A stretch of 64,000 nt of DNA from a virus (IMGVR_UViG_3300031730_000003:3108-67107); one strand, 5' to 3'. Counted from the first letter of the stretch, positions 36,498-48,007 are shown. Made by a program: numbers and translations. The notes: a model not told the origin generated them from the letters alone.

Positions 36498-38675
36498 CTA
36501 GCGGTGCGCGGCCTTGAGCCTTCTGACGTGGCGACGCCAGCCTTTGGAGCGGCGAGGCATGCCCGGCCAGCGCTTGGGATCTGCGATGCGAGAGAACTGG
36601 AAGGGCGTGGTACCGGGCTCCGGGTTGGGCACGCGCGTCACCTTAAACCACTCGACGTGCGAGAAGGACGGGCCCACGGCGAAATCCATGGCCGCGAAGG
36701 GCTCCGGCGTCTCGTTCACAGCCATTGGAGCACGTCCGCTTCGAGCAACTCGGCGATGTCGGAAAGGTGCGCAGCGGTGCAGGGCTGGAGTTGCAAGCGG
36801 CTGTAGATGTCGCGGCGCGTGCGCTGATCGGCGCCGGCGAGTTGTTGAATGGCTTGGCCGAGCGCGTTGTCCTTTGTGCGGCCTGCGCCGTAGAGCTTGG
36901 GCCAGGAGTAGCCATCGTCTAGGACCGCCACGAAGCCGGCCGGAGCCTCGCCGAGCGCGTGCACGACTGCGGACTGGCAGGGCTTGAGGAAGCAGGAGCA
37001 CAGGGCTTCCGAGTGGCGCAACTCGGCGCAGGCATTGCGGACCGACTGAATGGACGCGCTCACGTGCGCAACCCCAGAGCGGCGCGGCGATCTGCTTCGG
37101 TGAGCACCTTGTTGCACGCGTGGAGGACGTCCCAGGCTGAGCGCGGCACGTCGACGGTCCACATGATGCCGTAGCGGCGGCAGAGGTCGCGGAAAGCTTC
37201 AATGGCCTGCTGCTTGGTCATGCCACGAGCTCCCGGACGATTTTGAATTGCGGCGTGAGCCCGTAGTCCCAGGCTTCGAGCTCCGCCGTGCGCAGGAGCC
37301 GGGCCTTGTGTTCGTCGGCCTCGGCCTTTGTCTCGTGCGTGCCCTGCACCAGCCAGCCGCACGCTTCGCAGGATCCTTGCCGGGCGAGCCACGCGTTGAA
37401 GCGATAGACCACGTATTCATGCTGGCCGCTCATGCTGCAATTTCCTTTGCGAGAATGCGGCGCATACGGTGCGCGTCGCCAGCGATGCCACCATGGTTGC
37501 GCAGCGAGCGCACCAGATCGGCCCGCCACGTGTCGAAATGCGCTTCCAAGGCCGCGATAGCGCCGGCCCGGTCAGTATGCCACGTGCAGCGATTGGAGCC
37601 CCACACGGGCGAGACACCGACGGCGAGCACATGCTTGCCATCCTGGCTGGCGGTTGGTGAGTCGGCATAGTCGAGGAAATAGCCGACGCACACCTTGACC
37701 GGCCAATGCGGCATGGTGAGCCACGCGCGATCGGACGCGGCCGGGTTGGCGCGGTCCCACACTGGCGCGCTCATGCTGCGGAATCCTGATTGGAGGCGTG
37801 GTGCGGGGTCGCGGTTTCAACCCAGCCTCGGCCGACGACGTACCACCCGCCGCGCAAGACCTCGGGACTCTGGCGCAGCGGGTCATCCGCCGCGATCACG
37901 CCATAACGGGCCGGATTCGCTTCAAGGTGGGCCCAGCTTTTGAGGTGTTCGGCGAGGCGCCAAGCGTTGAAGGCATCCAGGAGATCCTGCGACACAGGCT
38001 TGTGGCTGTGATGATAGCGCAGGAGGTTCACGCCGTGCGGCGCATCCTGCCGACCCTGCTCGTTGAGGTGCTGCATGTAGTAAGGTTCGAGCGAATGAAT
38101 GGAGGCGTACTCCATTTCCGCCTGCTGCTGACCATCGAATACCTTGAAGTAGACGTGGCCCATGCCGGAGCACGTCCACGCGAACCGATAGGCGTTCACG
38201 CGAGGACGCTCCCGAGTGCGCCGAGCATGGCGGCGGCTTTGTCGAGGGTGTGGAGCGCGACGAGCTCGTTGGCTTCGGCAGCGGCATCCTTGGCGGCTTG
38301 CGCGATGATGTCGAGCCCGCGCGCGTATTGCGTGGTGCTGATAAACTCGGGGGGCTCGCGGCCCGTGAGGTAGCGCCGGTCGAGCGCGTCGGTTGCGGTT
38401 TCGACCCAGGCTTCGATGCGGCGTTCCGGGAGGGGCATGACGGTTTCCTTTCAAGCGGCAGCGTATTCGATGGTGGGCAACACACCCTGAAATTCTGTTT
38501 CGATCTTTGTGCACGGGTGCAGGCCATGCAGCCGCTTGAAATGCCGAGCCGCGCGCATGCGACCCTGTTTTGCAAGGGTAGCGTCATCCATGAGCACGCC
38601 ATCCTTGAGGGGCAGCGCGATATCATCGGCGATCTTGCCATACCGGCAGACGAACCATGCGACTTGAGCGGTCAT
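36498..38675 (-). other. Leftward array of 8 small coupled hypothetical genes: 38451-38675, 38196-38438, 37771-38199, 37430-37774, 37218-37433, 37060-37221, 36716-37063, 36498-36725
   Basis: Mostly ATGA/GTGA overlaps, from the promoter at ~38750 to the terminator at ~36440; no family recognised. Confidence 0.7.
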
Positions 38676-38732
38676 TGGCGGTTTCCTTGGGCCGGCCATG
38701 ATCGCCCTATGCGATCCCATCCCGGCGAGCGC

Positions 38733-38799
38733 ACCCTGGCACACGGTCAACGATTGGTCAATAATAATAGTTGACCGATTACGCACGCTGTGCCAACGT
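38733..38799. promoter_or_regulatory. Back-to-back near-symmetric promoter pair
   Basis: Minus strand TTGACC-AATCGTTGACCGTGTGC-CAGGGT; plus strand TTGACC-GATTACGCACGCTGTGC-CAACGT; separated by TAATAATAG. Confidence 0.7.
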
Positions 38800-41226
38800 C
38801 CTGCTACCGGCACAGACCGGCCAACAGAGGAACAGGCAAATGCAAGCAATGCTTTCAATAGTTCAGGCGCAGTACGAGACGCGGCCGGGCAGCCACACAA
38901 TGGAGACTTCACGTTTCCTCATTGGTGCAGGCGCAGAGCATCCCGCGCGGCACGTCGAGGTGAAGACCTTGGACGGGCTCCGTGCGCAAGTTGGCAGCTA
39001 TGGCACCGAAGTTGCCGCCGCACTGCCCGACCTATCCTTTCGTGTCTATGTGCGAGTGGCGAAGGGATCGCGGAAGTTGCCGGGATTCGATGCGATGGAG
39101 CGCGCCGACTACTTCGGCGGCAAGGCTTGGATGCGCACCGTAGCGCGGGAGGTCTGAGCCATGCGCAACCATTCCGACCCCACCGACTGGCTTCCGATTG
39201 CGAGCACGAAGGACAACCGGCGCGTGCGGCTTGAGCGGAGGACGGCACAGCGCCGCGCCCGCTGGGCCGCAAAGCAGGGGCGGAGGGTTGCGCAGTGAGC
39301 AAACGCAGCCCCGAATACATGGCAGCCTATCAGGCGCATGCAGTCACTGTGCCCGAGCTCCACCGCTTGGAGAAGATGGAAGCCGACGGCGAACTGAGCC
39401 CGGCCGACAAGTCCGAGCTTCAGGCCCTGCGCCTCTACCGCGCGGCGATCTGGCGGCGCATTTCGGCGAACGCCTGACGCACACGGCAGGGGCGTTGCGG
39501 CGCCCCTCTCGCGTGCGCCAGTGCACGGCAACAACGAGGAACGGCAAATGACCCGCTTCACCCTGACGATCGACTGCGACAACGCCGCGTTCATTGAGAC
39601 GGAATACAGCCGCGACGAGGAACTGAAGCGGATCATTCGCAAAGCGCTGGTCGACCTGGACTATGAGAACGAAGGTATGTGTCTGGACATCAACGGCAAC
39701 CGCGTGGGCGAATGGCGCATCAGCGAAGGGGAGGGCTGAGCGATGAGCACCACCCTTCCGCGCGTCCTGCAGCCCAAGGACAAGGACTACGCCTTGCGCA
39801 TGCCAGACGGCCCGCTGTTCAGCGTCACCGCGGCCCTGGTGCGCTTGGGCGTGCCTGCCCATGGCAAGCCGCCGCACGACTGGCACGACACGAGCGACCG
39901 CTGGCTTGTCGTGGTGAAGGTGCAGCCGGCCGCGACACAGCCCGCCGTGGGCATGATGGAGTTCGATTACTGGACGGGCGTGGGCAATCGTGCCCACCCA
40001 GGCTGGCCGCCGGTCGAGCGGGGCCTGAAGCCCGGCACCGTCGCGCAGCACGAGCAGGAGGAGCGCAAGGTGCCCGTGCACCCTGACCTGCGCTCGATCC
40101 TGACCTGCATTTGCAGCGATTGGGATACGGCCGTGCAACTGCCGCCGGGCGATGCCGAGGCGATGGACTACTTGCAAGACGAGTTTGGCAACGAGCAGAA
40201 GGCTTCGGACCTGCTGCGGCTGGTGCAGGCCCTGCGCACCATGCAGCGCAAGGTTGAGACGATGCTGCGCGGCGCCAACGTCAAGCCTGCTGACTTCGCG
40301 GCCTGGTGCGCGGAGCTCGACGCATGAGCGCCATACGCTGCCTGCGCGCGATGCCTGGCGCCCCGCACGTCTGGCACGTGCGCGGGCGTGCGCGGGCCGG
40401 AGGCGGGCGCACGAGCGTTTGCGTCTACACGGCCGCGCCGCTGCAGCCGCGAGCCTGGGCGGACGCCTGGGCGGACCACTCGACGTGGCTCGACATCAAG
40501 CAGGTGCTGTACGTTGGCGAGGGCGTGGCATGAGCGAGCACACACGCGAGACGATGCCGCCGGTGCCTCCTGGCATGGTGCGTCTGGCCAACTATGGGAC
40601 AATCACCCCGGGCCTATATGCCGATATCACCCCGCTTGAGCAGGGGACAGGCGATCTGCACGGCTGCCCCATCGTGCGCCTTCAGCATATCACGCGCGGC
40701 TATGTGGTGGCCGGATCCTGCTGCCGCTGGGATGAGGCGTGTTGGTCCGTGCAGTGGGACGACAACAGCAACAACACCACGCACGGCAAGCGGTTCAAGA
40801 TCGAGCACGAGGCCGAGGCGCGGGCATATTATGCCAAGCTGACGGACCCCCAGGCGGTGAGCGCGCGGCGCCAGCATGACGCGATGATGGAAGACACCGT
40901 CTACGCGCCAGCCCGTGCGGAGCGTGCGGCGCGGTTGGCAGCCCATGCCGAGGAGGAGCGGGCACGCAAGGATGCGCGTCGGCGCGCACGGAGGATCGCG
41001 GCATGACGGCGCGCGAGTGGCTCAACGTGCTGGCGATCCTCAACAGCATCGACGAGGTTCCAGGGATGCCGGTTCCTTCGATGGCACCGCCGGGCGAGGG
41101 GCGCGCCTATATCGCAGCACAGCAGCGTCGGTTTCGTCGCGATCCTGTCGCCTACTTGCGCGGCGCATCGGATGCCGAGGAAATTGCGATCTGGGCCGAG
41201 GTTGAGCGTCGGCTGGCGGGTGGAGC

Positions 41227-41400
41227 ATGATGACCGCCGAGCGAGACATATTCGGCGAGGCGCCCCGACGCTGGGAATATCAGGCCGGCAAGCGCGCGTT
41301 CGCTGCGGGAATCCCCTTCGATGCAGATCGGCCGGCGCCGTGGCAGTGGGGATGGGAAGATGCGCGCGATGCAACCGCCCAGCCGGAGCTTGACCTGTGA
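41227..41400 (+). CDS. Ribosome-modulation-factor-like small protein (57 aa, not in the ORF track)
   Basis: EYQAGKRAFAAG......PWQWGWEDA; coupled on both sides. Confidence 0.5.
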   Translation: MMTAERDIFGEAPRRWEYQAGKRAFAAGIPFDADRPAPWQWGWEDARDATAQPELDL

Positions 41401-41690
41401 TCGCGTGCACCCGCTGCGGCGGCGAGTGGGCGACCGATCCGCGGCGCGGCGTGCGCTGCCCCGTGGTGTCGTGCGCGAGCGAGCCCGGCGAGGCGTGTTG
41501 GCGCCCGCCCACGGCCCGGCACCCTGCGGCCTACCTCGCATCAGTCCACGCCGAGCGAGAGGCCCAGGCGGTCAAATGCGGCCTCCTGCGAGCCTGTCCC
41601 GCGCTGACCTGGTCGAACCGCCACGAAATGCGCGCCGCCTACCACTGCGACGACCCGGCGCCGCGCGGCTACCAGCTTCCCCTGCTTTGA
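41397..41690 (+). CDS. Zinc-finger protein
   Basis: CTRC...CPVVSCASEPGEAC...VHAER. Confidence 0.65.
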   Translation: MIACTRCGGEWATDPRRGVRCPVVSCASEPGEACWRPPTARHPAAYLASVHAEREAQAVKCGLLRACPALTWSNRHEMRAAYHCDDPAPRGYQLPLL

Positions 41691-42181
41691 AAGGAACCCC
41701 ATGCAAGTCGTAGTCACCCTGGACCTGGCCGCACTCAGCGCCGGCATCCCAGCACACGAGGCCGCAAGCCGCATGCTGCGCGAGCTCTGCGCCCGCATGA
41801 TGGCCGACGAGGAGATCGACCCGCAGCGCCTGCGCATCACCAACGGCGCGGGCGTGGACCTGGCCACCGTGGCGCTGCACGAGCCGGCGCGCATCCTCGT
41901 CGGCGACGAGGTGCACATCAAGCGGCGGGGCGCGGCGTGGCCGGGCGAGGAGCGCGCATGAGCCGGCGCCAGCGCCCCAACTTCCTGCGCAGCATCACCG
42001 CGGCGCACATCAACGGCGAGGACGCACTCTCCGTGCGGACCCCGCTGCTGACGATCTCGGTGCGGCGAGGGCTCACGGGAACAATAACCGTCGCTGTGCA
42101 GCCCCACGGAGACGACGTGGAGATGACGTTCCGTGCCGACGGCGACGCGGTCCTGGTCACGGCCGGGCCGAAGGAGGCGGC

Positions 42182-42427
42182 ATGACCTTCACCGGAGAAT
42201 ATCCGCCCGAACCTTCGCCCGCTCCGGTCAAACTGTGCTGGGACTGCAAATGGCGAAGCCGGTGGCTGGCCAAATGCCGCGCGCCGCAAAATATGGACAT
42301 CGACCTTGTGACCGGCTTGCCAGTGCCCCGCGTGGTCTTTTGCGCCAATCAACGGCAGGCCACGGATTACACCAAAAATCCCTTGCTATGCGGCCCTGAA
42401 GGCAAGTGGTGGATGCCCCGCAAATGA
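42182..42427 (+). CDS. Cys-rich Zn-binding protein (paralog of 30340-30588)
   Basis: CWDCKW...CRAPQ...DLVTG...CANQRQ...CGPEGKWW. Confidence 0.7.
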   Translation: MTFTGEYPPEPSPAPVKLCWDCKWRSRWLAKCRAPQNMDIDLVTGLPVPRVVFCANQRQATDYTKNPLLCGPEGKWWMPRK

Positions 42428-43451
42428 CCCGCACCACGCCACTCACGCCCGAAGAACTGGCGCGTATGGCGCAGCTATGCCGCATCATCGAGACCCTGTT
42501 CCTGCCAAGCGCCTGGTATCTCCAGGAACAGTTGCTCGACATGCGCTCAATCGCGGCCGAGTTGCGCCGCATGTTCAACCTCCCGGAGGACCCATGGAAT
42601 TCGCCGAACTGATCACCTACAAACTCGGCCAGCGCGGCGCCGAGATCGTGCTGCGCGACGGGCTCCAAGCCGTGCCGATCGGACACTTCAGCCCCGGCGC
42701 CGATTGCGCAGCCCACGCGCAGAAGATCGTCCCCGAGATCCTGCCCGCGCTCGCGCTGCTCGACAGCCTCGTGGTCGAGGTCGACATGACCTACCCGGCC
42801 AAGAAGCTGACCGAACTGGCGATCGACTGGCCGGACCTGCACAACATCGTCAAGGAGGCGCGGGCGCTGCTGAAGCGGGCGGGGGCGGCATGAGCCAGCG
42901 TTCCCGAGAGATCGATGCCCTTATCAGCAAAATGCGCCGGGGGATTCGAGCCGAACCCGCGGCCGGCGTAGTGATTGGTACGCTGCACATCCACGACGGC
43001 ACTGTGGATATCGCCGTGGGGGCAGAAGGGTTTTCGCCGATGCATTGGGTGGCCCTCGGCGATGCCGCCCTGGAATGGGCCCATAAGCGCCTAGCGGCCC
43101 TGCCAGGAGACAATCGCGACCACCTGATGATGATTGAGCGGGCGCGGACTGCTCTCGATTTCGAGGAGTACACGCGCCAATGATCCTCACCCTGGACCGC
43201 ACCGCCGGCACGATCTGCGGCGGAGGCGTCGTGGCGCAGGTCTATCTGGACGGCGAGCCTATCGTGAACTGGTGCCGGCAAGCCCTGGTCGAAGGCTACG
43301 AACTCCACGGCCGCACGCTCGAGATGTGGGACCGCGGCTGCGACATGGGCGCCAACTACCGGCGTGACTACGGCATCCTGTGCCTGACGGTGCAGGACGC
43401 CCAGCGCTTCATGAGCCCGGCGCCGAAGCCGAAGAAGGGGAGGAAGAAGGC

Positions 43452-44165
43452 ATGACCGACCGGCCGATCATATTCAGCGGGCCGATGGTCCAAGCCCTGC
43501 TCGCCGGCAGGAAAGGCATGACGCGGCGGTTGCTGAAGCCGCAGCCTCACAAGCCGGATCAAGATATGGCTGGGTGCCGGTGGCGGTTCACGTCCGGCTA
43601 CAAGACCACGAAGGCCAATCCTCCATGGATGGAAGCTGTGCGGCCTGCCGTCTATGGGAACGAGATTGTCGTCGCGCCGCGTCGCGTTCCCGCTCGGATC
43701 GGCGACCGCCTCTGGGTGCGCGAGCAATTCGTTTTCCAGCAATGGCACGGCAAGTTCGTGGGCATCGACTACTGCTCCGACAGCGGCTCGCCTTACCTCA
43801 CCTACCGCATCCCGCCGGCAGGCGCACAGATCAAGCTCAGCACGCGCCACGAGAAAAAGCAGCCCTCCATCCATATGCCGCGCTGGGCCAGCCGCCTGAC
43901 CCTCACCGTGACTGGCGTGAAGGTGGAGCGGTTGCAGGAGATCAGCCGGGCTGATGCGATTGCCGAAGGGTTGTCATTGGCAAGCGCAAATATTGAGGAA
44001 TTCTTCCGGTGGCCCGCGCCGCACGCTGCACATCTATGGCTCTCTCCTATCGCTGCCTATGAGTGGCTTTGGAACTCCCTCCACGGCCCCGACGCATGGG
44101 CAGCCAACCCGTGGGTGGTGGCCGTCGCCTTCAGCGTCGAGAGGAAGAACATCGATGGCTCGTGA
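43452..44165 (+). CDS. ASCH/PUA-like conserved phage protein
   Basis: RPIIFSGPMVQALLAGRK.MTRR...GDRLWVRE...PSIHMPRWASRLTL....VERLQEIS..DAIAEG...WAANPWV. Confidence 0.8.
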   Translation: MTDRPIIFSGPMVQALLAGRKGMTRRLLKPQPHKPDQDMAGCRWRFTSGYKTTKANPPWMEAVRPAVYGNEIVVAPRRVPARIGDRLWVREQFVFQQWHGKFVGIDYCSDSGSPYLTYRIPPAGAQIKLSTRHEKKQPSIHMPRWASRLTLTVTGVKVERLQEISRADAIAEGLSLASANIEEFFRWPAPHAAHLWLSPIAAYEWLWNSLHGPDAWAANPWVVAVAFSVERKNIDGS

Positions 44166-44544
44166 CGTGCTGACCGCCGAGCGCCTGGCCGCGCGCATGA
44201 CCAGGGCGGGGGGCCTCGCGTGGCCACTACCCCCTGGCGCAGCCCTGGACGAGCCCACAGCCGTCCTCATGGCCCAGGCCGCCATATTCCACCTGACCGG
44301 AGAGGAAGGGCCTGTACGGGCTCCACAGCGCCGCGGAAAGCCATGCACCACCCACAACTTCGACCTGCTCAAGCCCGGCCAGTTCTACCGCATGGAAATG
44401 CCCGAGGAAGTGCATCTGCGCCGGCGGGCAGCGAACTCGCTCAAGGCGTCCGCCTCCCGCTTCGCCAAGCAGCACGGCTGGAAGATCCGAACCTACCGAG
44501 ACCGGGAGGAGCCCAGCTTCTACCGCGTCGAGCGCGTCGAGTAG
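44155..44544 (+). CDS. Hypothetical protein (possible DNA-binding)
   Basis: ATG 44155; converges on the helicase stop. Confidence 0.55.
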   Translation: MARDVLTAERLAARMTRAGGLAWPLPPGAALDEPTAVLMAQAAIFHLTGEEGPVRAPQRRGKPCTTHNFDLLKPGQFYRMEMPEEVHLRRRAANSLKASASRFAKQHGWKIRTYRDREEPSFYRVERVE

Positions 44545-44545
44545 C

Positions 44546-46357
44546 CTAGTCGTTCCACCGCCGCTGCTCGTGAGTGTCGGCGATCTCCTCAAGGATCGCT
44601 GCACTCCGGTAGCGGCCAGTGTCAGGGTCATAGGACAGTTCAGCCACGGCACCGCGCCGCGCCCAGCGCGTGAATCTGGCTTTGCGCACCAGGATTTGCG
44701 TGGTGTGCTCTGGGCTGTAGACCACGATTCCCAGATCCGCCTTGTTGTTCCACATAGCCCCGCCGCTGATGTCGTACATGGTGGGGGCTTCCACCTTCAT
44801 GCCAGGCTTGAGTGGGCGCATGTTAATCGGGTGTACTACCAGCCAGATATTGACCCCATGCCGCATAGCAAATGCCTTCAGCCGTTGAAGGGATCGGCCG
44901 ATATACTCGGATTCGGTTAGGTTGCCACGCTCGTGGTCAAGCTCGTTCCAGGGGTCGATTTGCAGATCCGTGATGCCATCGCGAAGCACGGATATCCGCG
45001 CCATCTGCAGAACCCAGTCCAGGGTCGGCGACACATCTTCCGAGTCTGCGGAGAACAACTTTAACCGCGGCTTGAGCCAGGTGGCTGCCGTGCGGACCTC
45101 ATGGTCAGTCATGCCTGGATGGCCGTTCCCTGGCCAGAACTTCTTGCCCGTCCACGTCTCGGCGAATTGCGCCACGAATTGCTCCCACGGCTGCATTTCG
45201 GGCGAGAATATCGCGAACTTCCGGTTGTGCTCGCTCATCAGGTGGATGGCGATGAACTTTAGCCACGAACTTTTGCCGTGCGTCGGCATGCCCGTGACAA
45301 TTATCAGTTTGCCCTCGGCGGGGAACCGCAACTCCCTGTCGGTGGCGATCGCGCCAGTGGTCAATGTTGCCGGCGGTTGACCATGGCGCATGGCCAGCAA
45401 CTTGTCCGCATCGATGCTGTGGATCCCTTCGATGGGGTAAGGCTCGGCAGCCTCGACGGCAGCCTGCACCCCGGCCTGCCCGTGCTTGCGGAGCGTGTCA
45501 CAAGCGTCCTTGCAGTCCTCTGGCCATGACACCAGCCAGCACCGGTGGCGTCCCATGCGTCGAGCCAATTCCTCACGCAGCACCGCGCCCGGCCCATCCA
45601 TGTCTCCCGCCAACACGAACTTGCGGACCTTCGACAACAGATCGGAATGCGTGCGCAGCGCGTCGAACCGCTTGTCATCCTCGCGTCGCGGATCGTCTTC
45701 CTCCCGGAGCTCGGCCGGCGCACCGTTGGCGAGCGTCACGGTCTGCGGATACCCGGATTCGTGCATGGCCATGCAGTCCGCCTCGCCTTCGACCCACCAC
45801 ACCACATCCGGCTCTGCCACCGCGTCGACGTTGAACAGCGAGGCAAGCGGGTTTTTCTCCTGAATGAACTGCTTGGTCGCGCTGCGGTATTTCCGGTTCA
45901 CCAGCCGGCCGCCGACGAGATATGGGAACACAAGCGCCGCCTGGTCGCCATCGGATCCGGGAAACCAGTGCCGAGTCATGTAGCAGCCGAAAGCCTCGAC
46001 GGTTTCCCGGCTGATCCCACGCTGGGCGAAGAAGGCGAACATCGTCTCTGGCACGGCGCGAGCCGTAGGTGCGTGCTCGGGGGGCGCGGAGGGAGGATCA
46101 ACGCGCTGCGGTGCGCGTGGGGATCGCGTTCCGGTCGAAGTGCGGCGACCCTCGGTCCAGGCGCATTCGATGTTGCGGTGGCACTTGGCCACAAACCCCT
46201 CGCCGTCCGTGTCGATCGTCACAGACAGGCTCAGCTCCTTTGTGCGGCCGCCGCCGCATTTCGGGCAGCGCAGTTTCTCGCTGTGCCCCGCCCGCATCGA
46301 CTTCAACCGGATACCCAGATCCGCCAGCAGCCCGGGTAGGTCGCTATCACCCGACAT
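44546..46357 (-). CDS. T7 gp4 / Twinkle-like primase-helicase
   Basis: Zn finger CPKC..CH....C; TOPRIM VEGEADC and LAGDMDGPG; Walker A VTGMPTHGKS; IDPWNE; LVVHP; YDISGGA.W.NKAD. Confidence 0.93.
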   Translation of the reverse strand: MSGDSDLPGLLADLGIRLKSMRAGHSEKLRCPKCGGGRTKELSLSVTIDTDGEGFVAKCHRNIECAWTEGRRTSTGTRSPRAPQRVDPPSAPPEHAPTARAVPETMFAFFAQRGISRETVEAFGCYMTRHWFPGSDGDQAALVFPYLVGGRLVNRKYRSATKQFIQEKNPLASLFNVDAVAEPDVVWWVEGEADCMAMHESGYPQTVTLANGAPAELREEDDPRREDDKRFDALRTHSDLLSKVRKFVLAGDMDGPGAVLREELARRMGRHRCWLVSWPEDCKDACDTLRKHGQAGVQAAVEAAEPYPIEGIHSIDADKLLAMRHGQPPATLTTGAIATDRELRFPAEGKLIIVTGMPTHGKSSWLKFIAIHLMSEHNRKFAIFSPEMQPWEQFVAQFAETWTGKKFWPGNGHPGMTDHEVRTAATWLKPRLKLFSADSEDVSPTLDWVLQMARISVLRDGITDLQIDPWNELDHERGNLTESEYIGRSLQRLKAFAMRHGVNIWLVVHPINMRPLKPGMKVEAPTMYDISGGAMWNNKADLGIVVYSPEHTTQILVRKARFTRWARRGAVAELSYDPDTGRYRSAAILEEIADTHEQRRWND

Positions 46358-47210
46358 GGCAATTCTCCGGTAGGCGCATAATCCGGCCATGGCCCGCTTC
46401 GACCCATGCCTCGTGTTCGGGCGTCGACCAGCGCGGTTCCGGCAGGGCGCGAACAACCTCGGGGGCCCGGCCGAAATAGCGAGGGTCGCAGGTACGGACC
46501 GTGGCCGTCTGCTGGAGGGGAAGCTCCGCCTTCCACCGCCCCTGGTTGAGCCACGTGGTCGGCATCGGGATGTATTTCGGCTCATCTCGATTGAACGGGT
46601 AGCGCTTTACACCGCTCAGCAACTCCTCGGGGGTCGCTCCAGCCTTGATCGCTGCGGCGTAGGATTTGCGGGCAGCGTCCTTCGCGTCCTTCCTCGGATA
46701 GAAGGGCCACCACTCGTCGAAATCGATCTGTCCCCCGGAGGGGGATTTAGGGGGACTCTTTCTTTCTGCTTCTGCTTCTGCTTCTTGGACTATTAGGGTC
46801 CCTATATGGTGATTGCCATTTAACCTATTAGGTCCTCCAGAATGCGATGTGTTTTCAGTATCTTGGTCCCAACGCTTTTTCACGGATTTCCGACCTTTTT
46901 CCGAGGCAGCAGCGTCTCGCATCATGCGTCGAGATTGTATTCCTCCGGCGCGAGATCGCTCGAACACCCCCTGATTCTCCAACTCATCGAGTAGGGATTG
47001 GACCTCGGTTTCGGCGCCGCCGACCACCCGCGCCAACTGCCCGGCGGTGGGGATCTTGCCCCCTATCAGCACGTGACCGTACGGCTTGGCAAAGTGCGCG
47101 AGGCAGATCAGCCGCATCCACAAACCCTGCGCGGCAAGGCTGCATGACCTCAGTGCTGGGTCGTCACTCCAATCCTGGGGCCAGAACTTCATCCACCGGT
47201 GAGCGGTCAT
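46347..47210 (-). CDS. Replication initiator (lambda O-like replisome organiser)
   Basis: WMKFWPQDW..DPALRSCSLAAQGLWMRLICL; EAEAEAE linker; FDEWW..YPRK..K..A...Y; IPMPTTWLNQGRW. Confidence 0.85.
   Translation of the reverse strand: MTAHRWMKFWPQDWSDDPALRSCSLAAQGLWMRLICLAHFAKPYGHVLIGGKIPTAGQLARVVGGAETEVQSLLDELENQGVFERSRAGGIQSRRMMRDAAASEKGRKSVKKRWDQDTENTSHSGGPNRLNGNHHIGTLIVQEAEAEAERKSPPKSPSGGQIDFDEWWPFYPRKDAKDAARKSYAAAIKAGATPEELLSGVKRYPFNRDEPKYIPMPTTWLNQGRWKAELPLQQTATVRTCDPRYFGRAPEVVRALPEPRWSTPEHEAWVEAGHGRIMRLPENCHVG
46790..46836. other. Possible replication origin iterons inside the initiator gene
   Basis: AT-richer linker with CTATTAGG twice and CCTATATGG; lambdoid origins sit in this position. 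Confidence 0.4.
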
Positions 47211-47722
47211 GCCGGCGGTTTCCATTGGACGGTGTTTGTCGCCTCTGCCCACAGGGCATTGGCATGCTCGACAAACCCTTTGGGCGGCGTCTCCCACCCC
47301 TCTCTGAAGCATGTCACCCCATCTGAGAATCGATGCCCTAGAGACGGCTTTAGCCAGCCCGTCACCGCGTCTTCTGCCTCGTGATCGGCATCTCCGTACC
47401 AGCCGATCGGGGCATAGCCATGCGCAGCGGGAGGTGGTGCGACTCCGACAAGAAGGATACGGGCGCTGACGACCCCGCCAGGCCGCGCCGCCTTCCACAT
47501 TTTCTCGAATGTCTCATAGTCGAAGGCGTCAATAGGCTTGACCTCTACCAGGATCTTAAACTCCGGCAGGAGGAAGTCTGGCGACCATAAGCCCAAGTCG
47601 AAGGGCTCGTACTCGTGCTCCCAGCCCAGCGCATCGAAGAAGGCCGCCCACCGCGCTTCCAAGCGGCTGCGATACATGCGTCCGCGGTAGAGGGTCGGGA
47701 TCGCTGCGATGGTGTATTTCAT
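47207..47722 (-). CDS. PD-(D/E)XK nuclease-like protein
   Basis: YRSRLEARWAAFFD.LGW..EYEP.....W.PDF.....LVEVKP. Confidence 0.75.
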   Translation of the reverse strand: MKYTIAAIPTLYRGRMYRSRLEARWAAFFDALGWEHEYEPFDLGLWSPDFLLPEFKILVEVKPIDAFDYETFEKMWKAARPGGVVSARILLVGVAPPPAAHGYAPIGWYGDADHEAEDAVTGWLKPSLGHRFSDGVTCFREGWETPPKGFVEHANALWAEATNTVQWKPPA

Positions 47723-47943
47723 GCCACCGTTCCATCGAGCATGAGTGCGGTCAACTGTCGTAATTGTTGACCAGTGCCGGTGGATTCCTCCATGGCTTCG
47801 TAGTAGCCAGGACGGCTTTCCTGCAGCCAAACGATGAACGCGACAGCAAATTGGCGCCTCGCTTCGCACATCTGGTCATATCGTGAAGGGGGAACGGCCT
47901 TGCCATTACCGTCGGACGCAACTAGGTTGTCGTCGCTAGTCAT
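47719..47943 (-). CDS. Hypothetical protein
   Basis: GGAG RBS; ATGA coupling. Confidence 0.5.
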   Translation of the reverse strand: MTSDDNLVASDGNGKAVPPSRYDQMCEARRQFAVAFIVWLQESRPGYYEAMEESTGTGQQLRQLTALMLDGTVA

Positions 47944-48007
47944 CGCGAAACTCCACTTCGTTGATGAGCCTACTCCCCGAGGAGCCAACCTCGGTCAGTT
48001 ACAGAGC

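Larger units (their letters stand above)
38840..43455 (+). other. Rightward array of small early genes: 38840-39157, 39295-39477, 39548-39739, 39743-40327, 40324-40533, 40530-41006, 41003-41230, 41701-41961, 41958-42185, 42424-42612, 42594-42893, 42890-43183, 43180-43455, plus those listed separately
   Basis: RBSs and ATGA overlaps; mostly unrecognised. Confidence 0.7.

Noticed and set aside
46763-46786. TTCTGC tandem repeat
   Set aside because: Encodes the common EAEAEAE linker of phage initiators.
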